A stretch of DNA of 64,000 nt, taken from NCBI GenBank assembly GCA_017560425.1, contig JAFZEX010000028.1:3736-67735 (forward strand), written 5' to 3'. A program made the position numbers and the translations under genes. Below the pieces are notes generated by a model, which worked only from the letters and a program-made list of their open reading frames with translations, searched no databases and was not told the origin of the DNA. Positions 59,131-64,000 of the stretch are shown here, one piece after another; within the stretch, counting starts at the first letter, position 1, and every line of letters starts with the position of its first letter. Source of the stretch: Alistipes sp. (GTDB lineage Bacteria > Bacteroidota > Bacteroidia > Bacteroidales > Rikenellaceae).

Positions 59131-59700
59131 CTACTCAGTAAAACCATCTCGTTTAGGCTCACGGCGCACAATGGCTGCTATGATAAGACCCATGAATCCA
59201 CCCGAGATAATATAGTTATTCACAGAAGATACAATTGTCTGCATCAATGTAGGCTTCTCGGTAGCCATCAGCTGATCGATCATCTCGTCGAACAACGCCG
59301 AGCTATCGACCGGCATTAGAGATTGCATCTGCTCGAAGCGAGCAACAATAGCATCGACATATGCGCCGTAGCCACCAATAATATTAATATAGATAGTGTG
59401 GCTAAGGCCCACAAGAACACCACTCAGCACCGACATTATGAAGATGTAGAGCAGACCAGAGCTATATGGGAAGCCCACCTGAGGGTCAGCCTCGAGCGAA
59501 CGACGCTTGGTGCATCGATAGAGATACCACACAAAGAATATTGCTACGGCAAGCATCTCGATGGTAACTATGAGCGATATGCTACCCAAGGGTCTATCGC
59601 TAAAAAGCATATAACTCTCGAAGAGGTGTGATGCCGTCATAACTATGCCTAACAGGGCACTGTCACGCAGCACATTCTGCCAAAATGATTTTCCAAACAT
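59131..59700 (-). CDS. DUF4199 family membrane protein
   Basis: Four TM segments; usual position upstream of this GT2 in Bacteroidota. Confidence 0.7.
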   Translation of the reverse strand: MFGKSFWQNVLRDSALLGIVMTASHLFESYMLFSDRPLGSISLIVTIEMLAVAIFFVWYLYRCTKRRSLEADPQVGFPYSSGLLYIFIMSVLSGVLVGLSHTIYINIIGGYGAYVDAIVARFEQMQSLMPVDSSALFDEMIDQLMATEKPTLMQTIVSSVNNYIISGGFMGLIIAAIVRREPKRDGFTE

Positions 59701-59716
59701 AGTCTACTCTCCCTTT

Positions 59717-60769
59717 TTATTTGTTTGTCTGTTGTGGCTGCATTCCCTCCTTCTTCTTTCGCTGCCACTCGTCAAGTGCATCGTGATATGCCTTGGCATT
59801 CTTCTCATGCTCCTCGAGGGTCTCAGCAAAATTGTGTTTGCCATCGAACTCGGGGCGAGCACAGAAATAGAGGTAGTCGTGCTCCTCGTAGTTCAACACC
59901 GCCTCGATAGCCACCAAGTCAGGCATTGCAATAGGCGTTGGAGGCAATCCCTTGTGCTTGTAGGTATTGTATGGCGAGTCGATCTTAAGATGACGCTTCA
60001 AGATGCGCTTTACCGATGGGTCGTTAAGAGCATACTTCACCGTTGGGTCTGCCTGAAGCAACATATCCTTCTTTAGGCGATTTACATAGACACCTGCAAT
60101 GCGTGCCATCTCGCTCTCGGCATTGGTCTCCTCATGCACGATAGATGCCATGGTCATAGCCTGCAATGGTGTGAAGCCCAAGCGCTCGAGCTGCTCCTTA
60201 CGCTTCGACGACGACCAATACTTATCGGACTCAGCCTTGAGCTTAAGCACCAAGTCGCGAGGTGTCACGTCGCACATAAGCTCATAAGTATTTGGCAAAA
60301 ATATCGAGAACATAGCCTCGGCAGAGTCGAAGCCAAGCTCTGCAATAAGCGTACTATCTCGCAATGTCTTGAGCATATCCTCCTCCGAGATATTTGTCTT
60401 GGCAGCAATCTTCTTAGCCAAAGCCTCTGGGGTGCGAGCATTGTTGATAGTTAGGCGCAAGGTTACGCTCTCGCCATACTTAAGCGTGCGAACGATGGTC
60501 ATAACAGACATATCCCTCTCAATACGGAATGTTCCAACACGTAGCGCACTCTTTAGGTCGAGGTAGTCGGCATAGAACTCGAAAGCCCAATTATACTTGC
60601 TATTCGCCTTCACCTTATCCAAAACCGACTCATACTCAGTGCGTGGCGTTATGCGCACAGTGAAGTCATCAGCGACGGCTGGACCATAAAACATCGTATA
60701 GCCAAAATAGGCTGCGACACCGCCTCCAACAAGCAGCAACAACAGCAGAGAAATAAAAAATTTACGCAT
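59717..60769 (-). CDS. mltG: Endolytic transglycosylase MltG (start reassigned to ATG at 60769)
   Basis: FLPNTY, ASIVHEET, LQADPT, SPYNTY...GLPPTPI, YLYF; TATCTTTG -7 element at 60788-60795 (minus strand). Confidence 0.95.
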   Translation of the reverse strand: MRKFFISLLLLLLVGGGVAAYFGYTMFYGPAVADDFTVRITPRTEYESVLDKVKANSKYNWAFEFYADYLDLKSALRVGTFRIERDMSVMTIVRTLKYGESVTLRLTINNARTPEALAKKIAAKTNISEEDMLKTLRDSTLIAELGFDSAEAMFSIFLPNTYELMCDVTPRDLVLKLKAESDKYWSSSKRKEQLERLGFTPLQAMTMASIVHEETNAESEMARIAGVYVNRLKKDMLLQADPTVKYALNDPSVKRILKRHLKIDSPYNTYKHKGLPPTPIAMPDLVAIEAVLNYEEHDYLYFCARPEFDGKHNFAETLEEHEKNAKAYHDALDEWQRKKKEGMQPQQTNK

Positions 60770-60819
60770 TATTCTATTTTTTTTTTGCAAAGATACATTT
60801 TTTTTGTACTTTTGTGCCC

Positions 60820-60915
60820 GGGTAAGTCTTATACGACCAGCTCCTACAGAACCCCCCAGGTGAGGAATCAAGCAAGGGTATGTGGTTGTAGCGGTGCGAT
60901 ATAAGTAGCTTACCC
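60820..60915 (+). ncRNA. ffs: Small signal recognition particle RNA (4.5S)
   Basis: Terminal helix GGGTAAG/CTTACCC; helix-8 motif CCAGG-TGA-GGAA-TCA-AGCA; TACTTTTG promoter at 60807-60814; followed by a T-run. Confidence 0.88.
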
Positions 60916-60958
60916 TTTTTTCGTATATATACCTAAACCACTCACTCTGAGCAACATA

Positions 60959-61576
60959 TTAGGATATGGCTCTCTCCAAAACATATCCAACAACAACTCG
61001 TGATAGCACGGCTGACGCAACGACAACAACCGCAAATATCAGCTTATCAACCCTCTTATTACACCCTGTCGATACCGCAAAAGCCTGATAGCTCCACACA
61101 ATCGACCATACTACAACCACTACGGCGAGGAGCACCATCACGACACTAAACACCGGATATAGTTCGAAACCCGCCGAGGGGCTACCCACAAACGTGGCGT
61201 AGGCAATGCGGTTGTGAAGAATGGCAGGGAGCATAAGCACAACTGCGGGCCAATGTGCAAAGAGCAAACGACCCAACAGCTCAAAGCTCTTAGTCTTAGG
61301 GTTGCGAACAAGGGCAAATGGGATAAAGGGCAACGACCACGCAAACCACACCACGACACTTAGGAGCAAGCTCCACATGAGCGGCACATAGTCGGTTGGC
61401 ACGAAGCCAAATGCCGAGGTGGGCATCAGGCGGAAGTACCAGCCGAGGATTGCCGAGATAATCAGCCAAGCAACACCCCACAACAGGGCATTCTGCGATG
61501 AGATAGTCTCGGCACGACGTAGCACGCAACGCTTCAACCAGCCGTAATGCTCAAAACCTGTATTACACTTTGCCAT
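60959..61576 (-). CDS. Multi-pass membrane protein (YIP1-like); start uncertain
   Basis: About 5 hydrophobic segments; co-oriented with the upstream outer-membrane protein gene. Confidence 0.7.
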   Translation of the reverse strand: MAKCNTGFEHYGWLKRCVLRRAETISSQNALLWGVAWLIISAILGWYFRLMPTSAFGFVPTDYVPLMWSLLLSVVVWFAWSLPFIPFALVRNPKTKSFELLGRLLFAHWPAVVLMLPAILHNRIAYATFVGSPSAGFELYPVFSVVMVLLAVVVVVWSIVWSYQAFAVSTGCNKRVDKLIFAVVVVASAVLSRVVVGYVLERAIS

Positions 61577-61598
61577 ACTCACAAACCCTCCACAAAGC

Positions 61599-63281
61599 TT
61601 AGAAATCAATTTTCACACCAGCCTTAATACCATAATTTGGCTTATAGTAATAGGCATAGTCGTAGAATTTATGATCCTTGCCACCGATAAGATACTGACC
61701 CTGAGCATAGACCTCAACAATGCGGCTTACACGATAGCTAACACCTGCGCCAAGGTCGAAGCTTGTTGGCATATCAAAGGTTGTCATAGGACCATCCTGA
61801 GTTGTTGGCAATACCGACCATGAGCGCTTGCCAAGAAGCTCACCATCGATCCAAAACTGCCAATCACGGAGAGTATACTTAGCATAGATGCGTCCACGCA
61901 TAGCCGACTCAGCAAGCTCATATTGCGACTTATTAAAGTCAAAATGGTGGTAGAAGTCAAGGTTGATCTCAAGGCCCGCCAGAGGGAGATACTTAGCACC
62001 AACACCCAAAAATAGACGAGTATTGTAAGCGGTATCAACACCAAACTTACCTGGCGTTGTCACATACCAAAACATTGCATCACGCATAAGGTTTGTGCCA
62101 GCATATACCTGATACGAGAGGCGTGACGAGAAGACTGTGCCTGTGAAGCCAAGAGCGAGGTTGTAGCTACAAGTGTTAGGCATGACACTTAGCTTGGCAG
62201 CCATAGCCGTATAGTCGATATAAGGATTCTCGGCATAGAGCGACGAGATGCCATTCTGCGACACGGTAGTATTAATCTCGACATAGGGCACAAACGATGC
62301 CTTCTCCAAGTCGAACATCACCTTGGCACGTGGAAGCACATGGTGTGCTGCCTTATCCTGCATATTCACTTTATCGTAGAGGTAGCCCAAGCCCGCCTCA
62401 ACAGAGAAGAAGCCGAAGCTACGTGCATAACCACCATTAACGCCAAAGCGCATATCGCCATAGCTAAGCTCGTTGCTTGCCTGCCACATACCGAAGTTAA
62501 GGTCGGCGCTGATGACATTACCCCTAAAGTCACGAGCAAACAACGCCTTGACATTTGTGTTATACTCGCTCTGCATCTTCTCAAATTGAGATAACTTATG
62601 AGCCCACAAGCCACCATCGGCCTCAACTGCGAAGTTTAGATGTTCAAGGTCTATGAAGTCGTCGCCAAAGCGTAGGGCGAGCTTCGAGTCGTGGAACATA
62701 CGTCGCTCGGGCTCAGCCATAGCGTAGCCATTAAAGATGTCGTTGTCGTAGAGGAGCGATGCCTCGAACATGCGGCTACCCACAAAGATGCCGCCACCTA
62801 CCAACACCCTATTCTGCATATTAAAGCTCTCGTCGATGGTGTGCTTAACTCCACCTACAGACTCACGAGGTGCAAAGTCGCCGAGGTGATCGACACCTAC
62901 ACCAAAGTATCCATACTTAGGAGTCTGTATGGTATAGCGGAAACGAGCGTCAGAGCCAAGAGGATATGCCACGGCAGCCCTTGCAAAGAATTGCTTATAG
63001 CTTGTATAGTCCCAATACGATGCACGTGCTGGATTAAAGTTATGCGCATCGAGAGATATTTGCCATGACGTAGGCTTAACATTATATTTAATCTCGGGCT
63101 CGAGACGTGGGTCATCAGCAATTTGTATTGGTGCTAAGAGCTTTGTTGCCGAGGCGATGTCAGGGGTATACTCCGTAACAATCTCGACATTACCACCCTG
63201 CGCCACAGCGCCATGAGTGCCACACAATACGAAAGATGCAATAAGCAACAATGTGATATATACGTGTTTCATACTAACCAT
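61599..63281 (-). CDS. Outer-membrane beta-barrel protein (TonB-dependent-receptor-like, TPR-associated)
   Basis: Signal peptide, EYTPDI.SATK N-terminus, amphipathic strands, C-terminal Phe; TAATG coupling to the TPR gene. Confidence 0.8.
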   Translation of the reverse strand: MVSMKHVYITLLLIASFVLCGTHGAVAQGGNVEIVTEYTPDIASATKLLAPIQIADDPRLEPEIKYNVKPTSWQISLDAHNFNPARASYWDYTSYKQFFARAAVAYPLGSDARFRYTIQTPKYGYFGVGVDHLGDFAPRESVGGVKHTIDESFNMQNRVLVGGGIFVGSRMFEASLLYDNDIFNGYAMAEPERRMFHDSKLALRFGDDFIDLEHLNFAVEADGGLWAHKLSQFEKMQSEYNTNVKALFARDFRGNVISADLNFGMWQASNELSYGDMRFGVNGGYARSFGFFSVEAGLGYLYDKVNMQDKAAHHVLPRAKVMFDLEKASFVPYVEINTTVSQNGISSLYAENPYIDYTAMAAKLSVMPNTCSYNLALGFTGTVFSSRLSYQVYAGTNLMRDAMFWYVTTPGKFGVDTAYNTRLFLGVGAKYLPLAGLEINLDFYHHFDFNKSQYELAESAMRGRIYAKYTLRDWQFWIDGELLGKRSWSVLPTTQDGPMTTFDMPTSFDLGAGVSYRVSRIVEVYAQGQYLIGGKDHKFYDYAYYYKPNYGIKAGVKIDF

Positions 63282-64000
63282 TACTTAATTGAGTTAATAC
63301 GCTCTTTAACCTCTGCGATGATGCCGTCATCCTGCACGGGATAACCATCGACAATACTCTGATATGTTGCTCGGGCCTGGAACAGATTGTCGTGCTTAAT
63401 CATAATATCGCCAAGCAAGATGAAGCACTTAGCCTGCCAATATACCGAGCCACAATTACCCAACTCGTAGACCATCTTTTCGGCTTTATCGAGATTATCG
63501 GCATTAAACTCTCGCTCAACAAGACGATAGTAAGCCTCGGCACCCTCTGCCGTAGAGCGATTAGCGGCAAGATACTCGAAGACATCGTAAGCACCACTCT
63601 CGCCACGGTTATACATCACACGACCCTTAACCAACAACGCCTTGCGCTTAGCCACGCCCGACGCATCGTCCATCTTAGCAACATCGTCAGCCATAGCCAA
63701 GAGCTGATCATCGTTGGCATACTCCAACGTAGCGCTGATATAGCCATCAGAGGCTGCGCTGCGCTTTGCTGGATCGTGAGCCACATCATAGAGCTTGCGA
63801 TAAGCCGTAGCCGACTTCTCATACGACTTCAAGCCGTCGTACATAGATGCCATGGTTGTGAGCACTCGCTCGTTATACTTGCTATTACCATGAGCCACAA
63901 GCTCCTCCATGGTCTGCAAAGCATGCTCCGTATCGCCATTACGAATGTAAGAGTCACTAAGGTAGAATAGAGCCTCACTGCGGTTATAGCCATTGTCGAA
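63281..64000 (-). CDS. Tetratricopeptide-repeat protein, C-terminal part (5' end outside window)
   Basis: Frame open to the window end; TPR-like helices, GAEAYY, YWQAKCFILLGD, FQARATYQSI. Confidence 0.85.
   Translation of the reverse strand, partial: FDNGYNRSEALFYLSDSYIRNGDTEHALQTMEELVAHGNSKYNERVLTTMASMYDGLKSYEKSATAYRKLYDVAHDPAKRSAASDGYISATLEYANDDQLLAMADDVAKMDDASGVAKRKALLVKGRVMYNRGESGAYDVFEYLAANRSTAEGAEAYYRLVEREFNADNLDKAEKMVYELGNCGSVYWQAKCFILLGDIMIKHDNLFQARATYQSIVDGYPVQDDGIIAEVKERINSIK

Overview
Chromosomal, mostly housekeeping window from a Bacteroidota genome, probably Alistipes/Rikenellaceae-like (inferred from the TTG-N19/20-TAnnTTTG promoters, acidic surface lipoproteins and DUF4831/DUF4293/DUF4199 genes). 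Left to right it holds gmk-yicC, two low-GC orphan genes, serC-serA-DUF1015, galK, small genes, two lipoproteins and tRNA-Met. A ~24 kb divergent block follows, with a purine operon (purE-L-C-F-M-N-H-D-folD-purB, minus strand) back-to-back with a pyrimidine operon (pyrC-carA-carB-pyrK-D-F-E-B, plus strand). The rest holds dxr-rseP-radA, transporters, aroB, a Ca-ATPase, mltG, SRP RNA and an outer-membrane protein/TPR pair. No transposase, integrase, phage gene or CRISPR array was seen. The most notable observations are four. (1) Both operons are preceded by an unannotated promoter, leader ORF and terminator; the pur leader ends G-rich and the pyr leader U-rich, suggesting mirror-image NTP-sensing attenuators. 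(2) CarA has lost all three glutaminase catalytic residues, implying an ammonia-dependent carbamoyl-phosphate synthetase. (3) A family of ~125-bp palindromic ERIC/RPE-like elements has divergent sequence but conserved length and structure, and each full copy abuts a stop codon in the same orientation. (4) PyrB is fused to only the Zn-binding domain of PyrI. All family calls are from motif recognition by eye; no database search was run.
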